64,000 nucleotides of DNA, taken from the IMG/VR virus record IMGVR_UViG_3300017927_000001; one strand, given 5' to 3'. Below the pieces are notes generated by a model, which was not told where the DNA came from, did no database searches, and saw only the letters and a program-made list of their open reading frames with translations. The position numbers and the translations under genes are program-made. The stretch is from a virus. The first letter of the stretch is position 1, and the number at the start of each line of letters is the position of its first letter. Positions 32,336 through 42,243 of this stretch are shown here, in pieces.

Positions 32336-32588
32336 CGGGCCGGTGTAAGTACACACTAACACCTCCTCGACTGGGGCCTGCGGGGTGGGGGCAGCTACCG
32401 GGCGCGGGTGCCTGCCAGCCCGCCAGCCAGCCGGCTAGGCGCCGCGCGCCGGCATGGGTGCGCCCTAGGACAGCCACTCGGGGCCGCAGCGCAGCCTGGA
32501 GGCTGTATTAAAAAGTAAGCGCCCGCTAACTCCGGTAGGGCTTGACAAGCTGGTCCAAAGTGTGCGGGGGTGCCGGCAGGGACCACGG

Positions 32589-32629
32589 AAAAAAATGCCC
32601 CCGACCAGGAGAGGGGGAAGGTCGGGGGC
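32589..32629 (-). terminator. Rho-independent terminator of the minus-strand late operon
   Basis: gcccccgacc (32597-32606) pairs with ggtcgggggc (32620-32629). On the minus strand the hairpin is followed by the run complementary to aaaaaaa (32589-32595). It lies about 60 nt downstream of the last late gene. Confidence 0.75.
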
Positions 32630-32689
32630 GAAGGATGAGCAAGGGAGCCATCCATCCCCCCTACTCATCAGGCGCACGTTGATTTCAGA

Positions 32690-33082
32690 TCACGCTTTTG
32701 GCGCTGCCGCGATGTATGCCTGTGCAACCGACGCAGCTTCCGCAAGCACCGCGTTGAGCATCTCCGTTTGCAGAGATCCGAGCAGCGTGCCGGAAGCTAC
32801 CTGCTGAAGAGCCGCTGCCTTGGTCGAGAGCCACGAGATGAGCGTCTGGATTGCCATCGCGTTGCCCAGATTGCTTCCGGCCGCAGCGGCATTCAGCACG
32901 TCGTCCAACATGGTCAGGCCAGTCAGCACGTCGCCGCTGTTGATGGCGGTGAACGCCTTGCAGACGGACAGGACCTCATTGGCTTTCGCCAGTTGAGCCT
33001 TCGCGTCTCCGGCGTGGCTGATGATGGACCCGACGATCAGATCGACGTTGAACTTGATGAGGAATGGAGTGTTCTGGTTCAT
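32690..33082 (-). CDS. hypothetical Ala-rich helical protein (130 aa), last gene of the late operon
   Basis: ATG 33082 follows AGGAGA. No TM segment or lipobox, so it is not an obvious spanin. Confidence 0.5.
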   Translation of the reverse strand: MNQNTPFLIKFNVDLIVGSIISHAGDAKAQLAKANEVLSVCKAFTAINSGDVLTGLTMLDDVLNAAAAGSNLGNAMAIQTLISWLSTKAAALQQVASGTLLGSLQTEMLNAVLAEAASVAQAYIAAAPKA

Positions 33083-33117
33083 TTGTAGTTCTCCTGCTTG
33101 AGTTGAGGCCTCCACCA

Positions 33118-33834
33118 TTAGGAGGCCGGGGGTAAAGGGGTATCAGCCGAGATCCAGCCCTTCGACTTCGCGGTGTTGTAGAGCGCGTGCGCAACCCATG
33201 CGATGCACGCTGCCACGAAGGCGGTCACGTAGGCCGGAACCGGCGCATGTCGCCCATCGAATATCCAAGTCAGAAAGCCGACGAGCGAAGTTCCCCCCGC
33301 CCCTGCAATCATGGTATTCACGCTGCTGTTGGATGGTGCGGATGGGGATGGCATAACTTCCTCCTTCTGTAGTTCTGGCGCTGGACCATCCAGCGACCTC
33401 AGATCATGCGCGTCGATGATCTTCTCAATCTTGCTCACGTAGTCCGGGTCCGTGGAGTAGCCGGCCTTCCGGACAGCCGTGGCGAACTCAATCGGATCAC
33501 TTGTTTTGAACGCGTCCTTGTATCGGTCGTGCTGCAAGAACTGGGCATGGTCCGTGATCGAGGCGAGCCAGCTTGCGTACGTACGCCACTTGGCCTCCGT
33601 AGTTATCCATTGCCCGTTCAGGAACTCCTTCGTAGGCAAGGAGATGAACGCGCCACCCCACGAGGGGTCGGCTTTGATCCCGAAGAGGTTCATCGCCTCT
33701 CGGGCCAGAAGGGACGAACCCCACCCGGACTCCAAAGCGGCGGTCGCAATCGTAAACGACGCAGGAATCTTGGTCCGTGCTGCAGAAGCCCGTGCAGCGG
33801 GAGCCAGTGCATCTATGAATTGCTGAGGAGTCAT
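33118..33834 (-). CDS. endolysin: N-acetylglucosaminidase (FlgJ/glucosaminidase family) with a C-terminal double transmembrane region
   Basis: FTIATAALESGWGSSLLAREAMNLFGIKA is the glucosaminidase signature. The C-terminus carries two hydrophobic helices, MIAGAGGTSLVGFLTWIF and VPAYVTAFVAACIAWVAHALY, in the same frame with no intervening stop. Confidence 0.85.
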   Translation of the reverse strand: MTPQQFIDALAPAARASAARTKIPASFTIATAALESGWGSSLLAREAMNLFGIKADPSWGGAFISLPTKEFLNGQWITTEAKWRTYASWLASITDHAQFLQHDRYKDAFKTSDPIEFATAVRKAGYSTDPDYVSKIEKIIDAHDLRSLDGPAPELQKEEVMPSPSAPSNSSVNTMIAGAGGTSLVGFLTWIFDGRHAPVPAYVTAFVAACIAWVAHALYNTAKSKGWISADTPLPPAS

Positions 33835-34013
33835 TTTCTTTCCTGCCTGAACGCCTTATTGAACCAGCGCAGAACGAAATGCGTTGGATGGTGCTTCTGC
33901 AACCAAGCCCGAATCGGGTGAGTCAAGCACGGCAGGCCGGCAGCCGTCCAAAGGCTTCCGAGGAAGGAGCCCACTGTGCCCCAAAGCCAACTCCACAGTT
34001 TTTCGTTACTCAT
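33831..34013 (-). CDS. holin candidate (60 aa, one TM helix, basic C-terminus)
   Basis: WSWLWGTVGSFLGSLWTAAGL, then a basic tail RWFNKAFRQERK. ATGA-coupled to the endolysin start. Confidence 0.5.
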   Translation of the reverse strand: MSNEKLWSWLWGTVGSFLGSLWTAAGLPCLTHPIRAWLQKHHPTHFVLRWFNKAFRQERK

Positions 34014-34968
34014 TGGAAAAGACCCGGTGGAGACTGAAGTGACCAGGACCGCCTGGAAGCGTCATGCCGGCCGACAACGTAACGTAGATCGAAACTGTGT
34101 CATTCGCCGCAAGTGCAACCATCCCAGATGTAGCCAATGGAAGGTACTCTTGACCGGTGCCTATCTGTCCCTCATTCGCGTAGCCTGTTGACGCGCCATT
34201 CTTGAAGATCTCAATCCTCGCAACTCCAGCGTTCTGCACGGTGCTGAAGGTCTTGAATCCGCCAGAGACAAAATAGTTCCCTCCGACCGCGACCTTTGCA
34301 ACCCCGGCTGTATAGGACACGAGGCCCACGGGGGCGAGGGCCTGTAACGTGAAGTTCACAACTCCCGAGGTACTGGTCGCTCCAGCGTTGAACCAGCCCC
34401 CCATCGCCGGCGCGTAGTTGGCGATGGCCCCCGCCAGCGTGGCAAGCTGCGCGTTGATAGCGGTCTGGGCCGTCACCGCGCTCTGCGCAGTCGTCGCAGT
34501 CGTCGCGTTGCCCGAGATGTTGATCCCGTAGGTGCGTCCGTCGTTCTTCACGTACTGGGCCAGCAGGTCGGCCCATCCGGTCGGGGTAGTGCCATCCGGG
34601 TTCGACGTGTTGCCTTCAGCGACGGATATCCAGAAGCCCGTACCGTTCGCCTTCACCAGCACTGCACCCAGTGGATATCCACCAATCGCGGCGCTCAGAA
34701 CCGCGTTGTAGAGCGCCAGCCCTCCGGCCTGTAGCCATTGCAGGCCCGCGGACAGAAGCTGGAATATTCCGTTGAAGTCCTGCCCGAACGGGAACGAACC
34801 ACCGGCTTCCTTCTGCAAGAAGCACAGCGGGGGGAATCCATCCGCGAACGAAGCGGCGCCGTTCTGGATTCCAATCTGCGACAGCCACGGAGGCTGGCGA
34901 ATGTAGCCTCCGCCGGCACCCTTTGCCCATGTGCTCTGAAGCAAGACGGGGAGTTGATTTGATTGCAT
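34006..34968 (-). CDS. tail fiber protein
   Basis: ATG 34968. Gly/Ala/Thr-rich beta-type sequence with an NATTATTAQSAVTAQTAINAQLA segment. It is the last structural gene, after the baseplate genes and before lysis. Confidence 0.6.
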   Translation of the reverse strand: MQSNQLPVLLQSTWAKGAGGGYIRQPPWLSQIGIQNGAASFADGFPPLCFLQKEAGGSFPFGQDFNGIFQLLSAGLQWLQAGGLALYNAVLSAAIGGYPLGAVLVKANGTGFWISVAEGNTSNPDGTTPTGWADLLAQYVKNDGRTYGINISGNATTATTAQSAVTAQTAINAQLATLAGAIANYAPAMGGWFNAGATSTSGVVNFTLQALAPVGLVSYTAGVAKVAVGGNYFVSGGFKTFSTVQNAGVARIEIFKNGASTGYANEGQIGTGQEYLPLATSGMVALAANDTVSIYVTLSAGMTLPGGPGHFSLHRVFSNE

Positions 34969-34978
34969 GGTCGTTCCT

Positions 34979-36418
34979 CTACGGCGCGATCGTGAATTGA
35001 ACCCCGGTCGGGGGAGCAAAGATGCCGGTCTGTTGGAGGATCGCCTTCTGAATCACAGACAGCGGTGCCGGGAATGTGAGCTGTACTTTCATTGGTCCGG
35101 TCTCGACGACGTAACAGTTCCCAATGCCGGGGAATAAGGTCATCAGAGCCTTGTTATACGTTGCGATGGTGGCCCTCGAGATGTTCATGAGTGCCTTGAC
35201 CAGGATAACGGTTCTGAAGAGGTCATCCGACAGCGCGAAGTTCTGCGTTGCCTGCGCGCCGTTCCAGAACAGGCCCCAGTTGAACGGTTCGCCCGACAGG
35301 CTGTTCGCCTCCATGTATCCAAGGTACTTCTCGGAAGTGTTGGGTACCGCCAGCACGCGGTTCACGCCCACAATGCGGCCCCACACGTCCAGCCCGTAGC
35401 CCTGCGCGGTGTCTACATTCCACATCAGGTTGTAGAAGTTCTCGATGTCGGCTTCCGGATCTATTGCCTCCGCGAAGGATTGCATCAGGCCGGTAATGAC
35501 CGGACTGTTCGCGTACTGCGACATCAGAGGCGGATCCCATGCCGGCTCTTCCGCGGTGACGTAGATGTAGTTCCCCATCCACGTGAGCGCGGCGCCGAGC
35601 ACTGGGATCTGACCAAACGTGATAAGGCCCAGAAGCGTATCTACGCTGTAATCGGTGATAGTGTCCTGAGTAAGCTCCGTCGGGATGTACGAAGTCTGCA
35701 AGATGCCGGCCTCAAGCTGCGCGCCCCACACATAGTACGAGGACACCGTTCCGGAGTTGTCGTAGATCTGGAACCGCGCCTTCGTATTGCTTGTGTCGTT
35801 GCCAACCCCACCCACCGCGATTCGATACCACCCGCCAGCCAAAGGAATGACCGCGTAGTGCGCCAGCGTGGTCCCAGGAGAACCGCCGTTCGGCACGAGC
35901 ACCCCCGTCGAGGGGTTGAACGTGGCGGAGACTTCCTGCGCGACACCGCCCGTGAACCACCAGAGGGTCAGCTGGAGTGCGGTTGCCGTGGCAGGCGCAA
36001 TGAAGACAGACGCTGCGGCTTGCTGCCCACCCGAGAACGGAACATCCTGGTAGAGGGAGGAGCCATTGGCGCTCTGCGCCACGAGCTTCGCGGTCAGCGA
36101 GCCATCCGGCGCAACGGCTGCGGCCCCGGTAAGGTTCACACTTCCAAGCGTTGCCCACGGAGCTTGAAGGAACGCCTGCGACTGAAGAAGCAGGTTCGTG
36201 CGCGGAGTCGTAGAGAGTTGAAGGTTGCCTTGCCAGTCCTTGCGCCACAGCGCAAACACGTTGCACGAGATGATGTCCTGACTGTCGGGCGCGAGCCAGA
36301 ACTGAGGCGTGATTCCGTCGCCGGTCGCGAACTGCACCGGAGCGTTCGTAACGAAGTTCGAGGAGGCCTGATCCTGCCCAAGTACATCCGGGCCGGCAAG
36401 GTCGTCGAAGTCGCTCAT
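34979..36418 (-). CDS. baseplate wedge/tail-fiber-connecting protein (C-terminal half DUF2612-like)
   Basis: Directly downstream of the baseplate J-like gene. C-terminal [51 protein letters not shown] resembles the DUF2612 family as I recall it. Confidence 0.55.
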   Translation of the reverse strand: MSDFDDLAGPDVLGQDQASSNFVTNAPVQFATGDGITPQFWLAPDSQDIISCNVFALWRKDWQGNLQLSTTPRTNLLLQSQAFLQAPWATLGSVNLTGAAAVAPDGSLTAKLVAQSANGSSLYQDVPFSGGQQAAASVFIAPATATALQLTLWWFTGGVAQEVSATFNPSTGVLVPNGGSPGTTLAHYAVIPLAGGWYRIAVGGVGNDTSNTKARFQIYDNSGTVSSYYVWGAQLEAGILQTSYIPTELTQDTITDYSVDTLLGLITFGQIPVLGAALTWMGNYIYVTAEEPAWDPPLMSQYANSPVITGLMQSFAEAIDPEADIENFYNLMWNVDTAQGYGLDVWGRIVGVNRVLAVPNTSEKYLGYMEANSLSGEPFNWGLFWNGAQATQNFALSDDLFRTVILVKALMNISRATIATYNKALMTLFPGIGNCYVVETGPMKVQLTFPAPLSVIQKAILQQTGIFAPPTGVQFTIAP

Positions 36419-37836
36419 AGGAACGTCACCGTGATGTTATTTGCTGCCAGCGTGGGCACTTGGTTGATCTGTATCAGCAGCGAGTTCTGGTTCGCCGATG
36501 CCCCGACGCCCACCTGGATGGAATAGATAACCGCCCACGAACCAAGGGCCGCGATGTTCTGGTAGAAGCGGGACGCCAGCAGCCACGCTCCTATCCGAGC
36601 GCGCGGCCCGCCATCGAGCCCGTTGAAGGATGCAGTGACCGCGTTCTGAACCAGGGAGATCGCGTTCGACGGGACGTTCGGGTTGTTCTGCATCGAGATC
36701 GCGAACAGTATCGCGATCGCGGCAGGTGTTTGGAAGTTGACGTTGTACGAAGGCAGCGGGGGCAGGTAGCCCGATACTGTGTCATAGACGACCTGCGTCG
36801 TGTTGCCGGCTGTCGGAGCTCCGGGACCCTTCTTCGTCCAGATTGCCTGCGCAACCGCAGCGGGCGAGCCTCCAGCTACACAGCAGTAGAGGGAGTTCGC
36901 TGGAATTATCTGACCGCCCGGACCGGAGGTCATTGCCTCAGAGGCAACGCTCTGCGAAATACTCACGGTGTAGGTACCGGCCCCGCCCGTGCCGGTCAGG
37001 AAGGCAACGATGGTCGTGGACTGCGCAACCCCTGGACCCACTACGGTCTGGCCGATGGCGAGCGTGCCTACGGGCGCGGGGGAAGCGGCAACCGTGAGGA
37101 CCGTTGTGGCGATTGAGCCGGTGAACGATGCTCCGGCTTGCGTATTGCTTTGATTGTCGAGGACATAGGCATCCAGCACACCCGGCACGCCCAGTATCGC
37201 CCCGAGCACCGCTGGAGACGTGCCTTGCGCGTTGACCGCGACGGATTGCTGACGACGGGACTCGAAGGCGTATTGCGTCTCTACGTTTGTGCCAACCACA
37301 CCCGCGACCAGATTGTTGATGGAGTCCCACCCGGGAATAGCTTTGTAGATTGAATTGAGGAATCCGATGGGGCAGAAGGTTGGACCAACCTGCGCGCACG
37401 CGAACTCGAGCGTGATGTTTCCCGCTGCCGGAATGGTGCCCCCGGAGACGCAGAGGTAAACGTTGCCCGCTTGGTCCACAGCCTGCGCGTTGATCGGGAT
37501 GACTGTTCCCGTGAGCCCGTAGCACGTTGCGGTGACGACGGTGGATTGGGCGGGCAGGCGCTTCAGGTAGTAGATGCGGCCAATGGCGTCCTGCATCCGT
37601 CCGGAGTTGAGCGCCGGGTCCATGCCGTTCACAACCTGCAAGAACTTGTCATTCTTGTCGCCGATGCAGGCTGTGTCACTCTGCATCAGCTGGCCCTGCG
37701 GTGTGGTCAGCGCGAGGCTCAGCTGCGCGCCGAACGCAGACTGGTAGTCGAGCTGCCTGCCGGCAAGAATCGCCTGCTCAGTGGGCACCGAAAACCCGGC
37801 AGGCCCGAAGACTGGGGAAGGAACATTGGTTGGCAT
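36415..37836 (-). CDS. baseplate J-like protein (gp6/gpJ family) with an inserted Gly/Thr-rich module
   Basis: Its position in the baseplate block and its size fit. The region [28 protein letters not shown]...[13 protein letters not shown] is typical of Baseplate_J proteins. Confidence 0.65.
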   Translation of the reverse strand: MPTNVPSPVFGPAGFSVPTEQAILAGRQLDYQSAFGAQLSLALTTPQGQLMQSDTACIGDKNDKFLQVVNGMDPALNSGRMQDAIGRIYYLKRLPAQSTVVTATCYGLTGTVIPINAQAVDQAGNVYLCVSGGTIPAAGNITLEFACAQVGPTFCPIGFLNSIYKAIPGWDSINNLVAGVVGTNVETQYAFESRRQQSVAVNAQGTSPAVLGAILGVPGVLDAYVLDNQSNTQAGASFTGSIATTVLTVAASPAPVGTLAIGQTVVGPGVAQSTTIVAFLTGTGGAGTYTVSISQSVASEAMTSGPGGQIIPANSLYCCVAGGSPAAVAQAIWTKKGPGAPTAGNTTQVVYDTVSGYLPPLPSYNVNFQTPAAIAILFAISMQNNPNVPSNAISLVQNAVTASFNGLDGGPRARIGAWLLASRFYQNIAALGSWAVIYSIQVGVGASANQNSLLIQINQVPTLAANNITVTFL

Positions 37837-38186
37837 CAGAAGCTCGCTGCGGCAATCGTGCCGTCTGTGTCGGTTATTTGAACCTGACCGTGAACCGTGC
37901 GCCCGCTAATGTCCGAGAGGAACACCTGCGCCGCGACTATCCCTGGAACCGCGAGGGCCGCGTCTGTCAACAGGGAACGAAGCAGTGCCAGATTCAGCGG
38001 CTGAGAAAGTACGAGTCCGAAGTAGTCGATCCCTTGTGTTGTGTCATAGAAGACTTCACCCTTGAAGGTGCGTAGCTGGCTCGCTGCGTCCTGTGCTAGC
38101 GAATACGGTTCCGTAGCGACCGCAATGTTGCCGTTCGCATCCAGGACAAGGTCCCAGGTAGTCGGATCTAAGTAGAGGGTCGACAT
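37836..38186 (-). CDS. baseplate wedge protein (gp25/gpW-like)
   Basis: ATG 38186. 116 aa. [30 protein letters not shown] resembles the GPW/gp25 family. It lies between the spike gene and the J-like gene. Confidence 0.55.
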   Translation of the reverse strand: MSTLYLDPTTWDLVLDANGNIAVATEPYSLAQDAASQLRTFKGEVFYDTTQGIDYFGLVLSQPLNLALLRSLLTDAALAVPGIVAAQVFLSDISGRTVHGQVQITDTDGTIAAASF

Positions 38187-38196
38187 CTGAGTGTGC

Positions 38197-38901
38197 TCAT
38201 ACGTTCGGGACGTTCGTGTTACTTCCACCCGGCTGGATACCGCCGTGGGTATGCGTACTGTCGATGTGATGCCCGTTGTTCACGATGGCTCCGGTCCAGG
38301 TGGTCGCCGTCGCATTGATGTTGAGCTGCGCGGTGGTTATCCCGATAGAGGTACTCCCGTTCAGCTCAATCGTGGGCGCTACCAGCTTGATGTCCGGCGC
38401 GTCCAGCTCGATTAGGGTGGGCGACTGAAGGTGGATTCCGTCCGTCGAGAACCTCACGAACTGGTTTGGCACCCCGTTCAGCAGCCCACCGATATACAAG
38501 GCATCGGCCATGTCAAAGAGTCGGCGACTGCCGGGGTTCGACTGCGCCTGCGTTGCCTTGACCGCCGAAATGTCCCGGCTCGCAAACACCGCGATTCCAA
38601 TGTCCCCCTCCTGCGGATCCAGGATGATTGCGTTCTGCCCGCCCTGCGCGCGGTAGTACGGGCAGTGATAGATGACCGCGTGCTTGGTCGCAATGCCAGC
38701 TCCATTGAGGATGTTCACGAGAGGCAGAATGTCCACGAACCCGAACGGAGCAAGTCCCCCGCTGTTCGTGCAAGCCTTGACCTGAACCAGTGTTGCGGTC
38801 GCCATACGGGCCACGACCGACTGGATGTGGGTGTTCATCGCCTCGAAGTCGCTAAGGAGATCGAGGAAGCTCTGATAGCCGGTGTCGGTAGCGGTGGTCA
38901 T
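38197..38901 (-). CDS. baseplate central spike protein (Mu gp45 / P2 gpV-like)
   Basis: N-terminal ATLVQVKACTNSGGLAPFGFVDILPLV is an OB-fold-like gpV/gp45 signature. C-terminal GHHIDSTHTHGG is a His-rich spike-tip motif. Confidence 0.7.
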   Translation of the reverse strand: MTTATDTGYQSFLDLLSDFEAMNTHIQSVVARMATATLVQVKACTNSGGLAPFGFVDILPLVNILNGAGIATKHAVIYHCPYYRAQGGQNAIILDPQEGDIGIAVFASRDISAVKATQAQSNPGSRRLFDMADALYIGGLLNGVPNQFVRFSTDGIHLQSPTLIELDAPDIKLVAPTIELNGSTSIGITTAQLNINATATTWTGAIVNNGHHIDSTHTHGGIQPGGSNTNVPNV

Positions 38902-39803
38902 TGTGGCTTCTGCGGGCTGAAAAGGTCTGAATCCATTGGGAACCCGTGTATCGCGGTGAACCAGCGGCCGTTCGGCATCTCACTCTCGAGCTCGTGGTCC
39001 ACCTTGGTGATTCGATACTTGGCACCGTTCGCGAACCCCAAGCTGCTCCGAACTTCGCACAGCCCTCCTTGACGTAGGTTCCCATTGAACTCTGTCAACA
39101 CGGCGACCCCGATCTCGAAGTTCGTGGGGTAGCCTACCAAGCCGGTCTCCGGGGAAATGAGTGATATCAATCCCTCCCGTCCACCACCCTTGGGCCAGAT
39201 CTCTAGCGTTCCGAATTGCAACCCGTTCCACTCGATGTCTGCATCATGCACAATCTGAAGCATCTGTTCGCGCACCGTGCCCCAGTAGTAGCCCCGATCA
39301 AACTGCTTCGAGACCCCGTAGTTGTAGAAGGCATAGCCCCCAGTGGCCGCGAGATCGGATAGCGCACCCTCTACGGTGAACGGCACCGAGTAGCTGGTCG
39401 GTGGGATCATCTGCACCGCAGCGAACGAACCCGCGTAAGCAGACAGCTCCAGCACCGCGTCGGGCACCCCTCCCATCTGGATGTTCGAGATTTGGATTTG
39501 TCCCTGGAAGACGGTTTGCAGAGTCTCCCCGTAGTTGCCCGCCTTGATGATGAGGTTGTTGAGCTGCTGGATAAGCCGGCCGTCCGCGAGCCGAACGTAG
39601 CGGCCCAGAGCGTTCATGTGCGACAGCGTGAGACCGTAGACCCGAACCTCGGCGTGGGACATCGACACCCCACCGAGGGCGGAAATGTTCGCACTGATGC
39701 GCAGCCCTTGGGGCAGAGTCAGCTCGTTTGTTCCGCTCTCTTTGAAGGTGGCCCCTTGCGCGAGCTGGAACGTGAGCTGGATGGCGCGTCTCTTGAAGCT
39801 CAT
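38898..39803 (-). CDS. baseplate hub protein (gpD / Mu gp44 / XkdQ-like), putative
   Basis: A 301-aa gene directly upstream of the spike gene and downstream of the tape-measure block. ATGA-coupled. Confidence 0.5.
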   Translation of the reverse strand: MSFKRRAIQLTFQLAQGATFKESGTNELTLPQGLRISANISALGGVSMSHAEVRVYGLTLSHMNALGRYVRLADGRLIQQLNNLIIKAGNYGETLQTVFQGQIQISNIQMGGVPDAVLELSAYAGSFAAVQMIPPTSYSVPFTVEGALSDLAATGGYAFYNYGVSKQFDRGYYWGTVREQMLQIVHDADIEWNGLQFGTLEIWPKGGGREGLISLISPETGLVGYPTNFEIGVAVLTEFNGNLRQGGLCEVRSSLGFANGAKYRITKVDHELESEMPNGRWFTAIHGFPMDSDLFSPQKPQ

Positions 39804-40129
39804 GCCAGTGGGTTCGCCGCAAGTATCGCCGCTACGTCAGCGGCTTCGAGGTAGTAAAGCTGATACCTCGCCCCTAGACCCGGGCTCGTTGGATCGCTCG
39901 AGCCCTGAGTATCCTGCCAAATCAAGTCTCCTGTGAATCCCAAGTATTCATCCCGAACAATCCGGTTCAGGTTCTGGCAAGCCACACCCGCCACGACCGG
40001 AACTCCAGTCTCTGAGACGTCGAGGTACAGTCCGGTCGACTTCTGGTAGATGTTGATCGTGCATTGCTGCCCGCCCAACAAGATGTCGAAGGTCTGCGCA
40101 GGCACGTCTTGGACAGGTATGATCTGCAT
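39800..40129 (-). CDS. hypothetical tail/baseplate assembly protein (109 aa)
   Basis: ATGA-coupled inside the baseplate block. Confidence 0.5.
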   Translation of the reverse strand: MQIIPVQDVPAQTFDILLGGQQCTINIYQKSTGLYLDVSETGVPVVAGVACQNLNRIVRDEYLGFTGDLIWQDTQGSSDPTSPGLGARYQLYYLEAADVAAILAANPLA

Positions 40130-40131
40130 GG

Positions 40132-40803
40132 TCAGTGCGCCAGCCCGAGAATCTGCTGTGTCAATTGGTTGGACAGCGACTGCGAGGGTATTGGAATACC
40201 CGTGCTCGCTATCTGAGAGGTCAGCTGCTGCGACAGAGACTGCACCTGACCTCCTATGACCGGAGACAGACCGGACACCGATGCGGTATTCGTAAACGCG
40301 GTTGGAGTCGCGGAGACCACAATCCTCCGCATGTGAAACTCCACTCTGAGTAGCTGCATCCCTCGCTCGCTAGTGCGCCGGTAGCTGTAGCGTTCGATGG
40401 TCATGCTGTCGTAGCTATCGGTTGGCGTAATGACCGTATAAAGGTCTAGGGAAGCAGCGGCGGATTTCGCCTTTAGCAGAAATGCGTTGCGAACCTGCTC
40501 AGATCCAGACTTGAGCAGAGTGATTCGAATCTGACTGGGACGCCGAACCTTGTTATAGGTTTGGAACCCGCCCTGCTCAACCGGGTAGTCGGAAACGTTC
40601 CACTCCTCCTGCACCTCAATACTCAGCGTGGAGTCCGCAGCAATCACCGGCGCGTTGTTGAAGTAGATCCCCCAGATGGGCTTTGCGCGCGTGAGGATGT
40701 TGAACGCATCGGCAACCATCAAGCCCTGATTCACAATGCTCAGGACGCTCGAGACGCCAGGAACGTTCATTAGCGAAGGCATACCGGGCAGCAGCTGAGC
40801 CAT
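40132..40803 (-). CDS. tail/baseplate protein following the tape measure (Mu gp43 / DNA-circularisation-N-like), putative
   Basis: PIWGIYFNNAPVIAADSTLSIEVQEEWNVSDYPVEQGGFQTYNKVRRPSQIRI resembles that family. Its start abuts the tape-measure stop. Confidence 0.5.
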   Translation of the reverse strand: MAQLLPGMPSLMNVPGVSSVLSIVNQGLMVADAFNILTRAKPIWGIYFNNAPVIAADSTLSIEVQEEWNVSDYPVEQGGFQTYNKVRRPSQIRITLLKSGSEQVRNAFLLKAKSAAASLDLYTVITPTDSYDSMTIERYSYRRTSERGMQLLRVEFHMRRIVVSATPTAFTNTASVSGLSPVIGGQVQSLSQQLTSQIASTGIPIPSQSLSNQLTQQILGLAH

Positions 40804-42243
40804 TTACCTTCCCCCGCTTGCAGCCATCGTGGACGTTCTGACACCGGGCTTCGCCCCCAAGTCTGTAAGCCCCTGGACGACTCCCTTTGCGTCGTTTGCT
40901 TGCACCACGACGTTTCCATTGATCGTGACTTGGTTCCCGTACTGAGACACGTCGGCACCGTGCGCGGCCATCTCCGCGATGCCGGACTTCCTTGACTCCG
41001 CCAGCCATTCGAGTATCTTGTTCTTGCCCTCAGGCGTGTGAGTCATCTCGTAGAGCCAACCACCCAGAGTCTCACTGTCCCTGCCGGTAGCTGCCGACAC
41101 ACCCTTGTCGATAAGCCAGTTCAGCCCCGTGCCAATCGACAGCCCACCCGCCAGCGCCAGCAGCACACCGCCCACGGAGGAAGCCGCGACCGGCATCACC
41201 AGGAAGCGCCCGATCATGGCGAGGCCGGTGACCAGAGGCATGAACTTGCTCAGCACCCATGCGCCGGCCAAGCCCTCTACCACGTTGCCCCAACCTCCCA
41301 TCGCCGTCGCTGCCTTGTCGGCGTAGGTCCAAATCTTCTGGATCTCCAACCCGATGGCGTGCCACGGAACAGACTTAAGATGATCTGCGATCCACCTGAT
41401 AGCTTCTTTGACCTCGCGAACGTTCTCCGGCTTGTGGAGCCAGTTCGAGAGCTGGTTGAGCATGTCGATGACGGTTGGAGCCAGCGCAAACACAAGCTCC
41501 TGACCCAGAGACTTCCAGCCCGCAGCCATCTGGTCGATGAGCTTCTGCATCCGCGCAGCCGCTTCGGCCTGCGCCTCTGAAACCTTGTAGATCTTCCTGC
41601 GCTCCTCGAGCTCCTTGGTGAGCACAGGCACGCCCTTGAGGAGCGCGTTGATCTGGTCTTCGGTGTAGCCGGCCTGTTGACCCCATAACTGGGCCTGTTC
41701 CCGGCCCATCTTAGTCAAGCCCTCGGAAAGCAGAAACGCGCGGCGCTGGTTCGACGTGTTGCCGAACATGAACTCGCCGAGATTGCCCTGGAGGATGCGA
41801 GACAGCGGCCCCAGTGCGGTGGTCTCCTGCCCCGCGCGCACCTGCATCACCGTCTTCTGGATGGTGCGGAACATGTTGTCGGCGTCCGAAGCCGAGGAAC
41901 CCATCTGCGTGAAGATCCCTTCCCACGCAGACAGGTCTTCCGTGGTCATGTTCAGGTTCTTTGCCAGCCGGCCAACCGCTGCATCGGCGTCGATAAGGCT
42001 CGTGGCGAAGTTCTTCGCCCACGCCATCGTGAGCGAGATTCCTACCAGCCCGAGAACCTCATTGCGGATTGCCTTGAAGGTGTTGACGGCTTTCTTGCCA
42101 TCCTCCTCCCAGACCTTGCGGGTCTTCTCAGACCCCTCCCGCATCTTCTTCTGACCCTCGTCGACCTCCTTGCGACCCTTATCGTAGTCGCTCGAGTCGA
42201 GGCCGAGCGTCATTATAAGGCGGTCGATAATTGTGGCAGCCAT
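40804..42243 (-). CDS. tail tape measure protein
   Basis: 479 aa, helical, with a hydrophobic Gly-rich central segment (GLAGAWVLSKFMPLVTGLAMIGRFLVMPVAASSVGGVLLALAGGLSIGTG). It follows the chaperone gene. Confidence 0.75.
   Translation of the reverse strand: MAATIIDRLIMTLGLDSSDYDKGRKEVDEGQKKMREGSEKTRKVWEEDGKKAVNTFKAIRNEVLGLVGISLTMAWAKNFATSLIDADAAVGRLAKNLNMTTEDLSAWEGIFTQMGSSASDADNMFRTIQKTVMQVRAGQETTALGPLSRILQGNLGEFMFGNTSNQRRAFLLSEGLTKMGREQAQLWGQQAGYTEDQINALLKGVPVLTKELEERRKIYKVSEAQAEAAARMQKLIDQMAAGWKSLGQELVFALAPTVIDMLNQLSNWLHKPENVREVKEAIRWIADHLKSVPWHAIGLEIQKIWTYADKAATAMGGWGNVVEGLAGAWVLSKFMPLVTGLAMIGRFLVMPVAASSVGGVLLALAGGLSIGTGLNWLIDKGVSAATGRDSETLGGWLYEMTHTPEGKNKILEWLAESRKSGIAEMAAHGADVSQYGNQVTINGNVVVQANDAKGVVQGLTDLGAKPGVRTSTMAASGGR

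Noticed and set aside
32541-32575. TTGACA hexamer (cttgacaagctggtcc...) as a sigma70 -35 element
   Set aside because: No acceptable -10 hexamer lies 16-18 nt downstream. The site is between two convergent operon ends, where no promoter is needed.
32336-32689. tRNA or attP/integrase module at the arm junction
   Set aside because: I could not fold any segment into a cloverleaf with the conserved T-loop GTTCRANYC. No integrase, excisionase or CI-like repressor gene is present in the window, so no lysogeny call is made.
32690-33082. Last late gene as a spanin (Rz/Rz1 or unimolecular spanin)
   Set aside because: No N-terminal TM segment, no lipobox Cys, and no embedded Rz1-like ORF. The sequence is an Ala-rich soluble helical protein.
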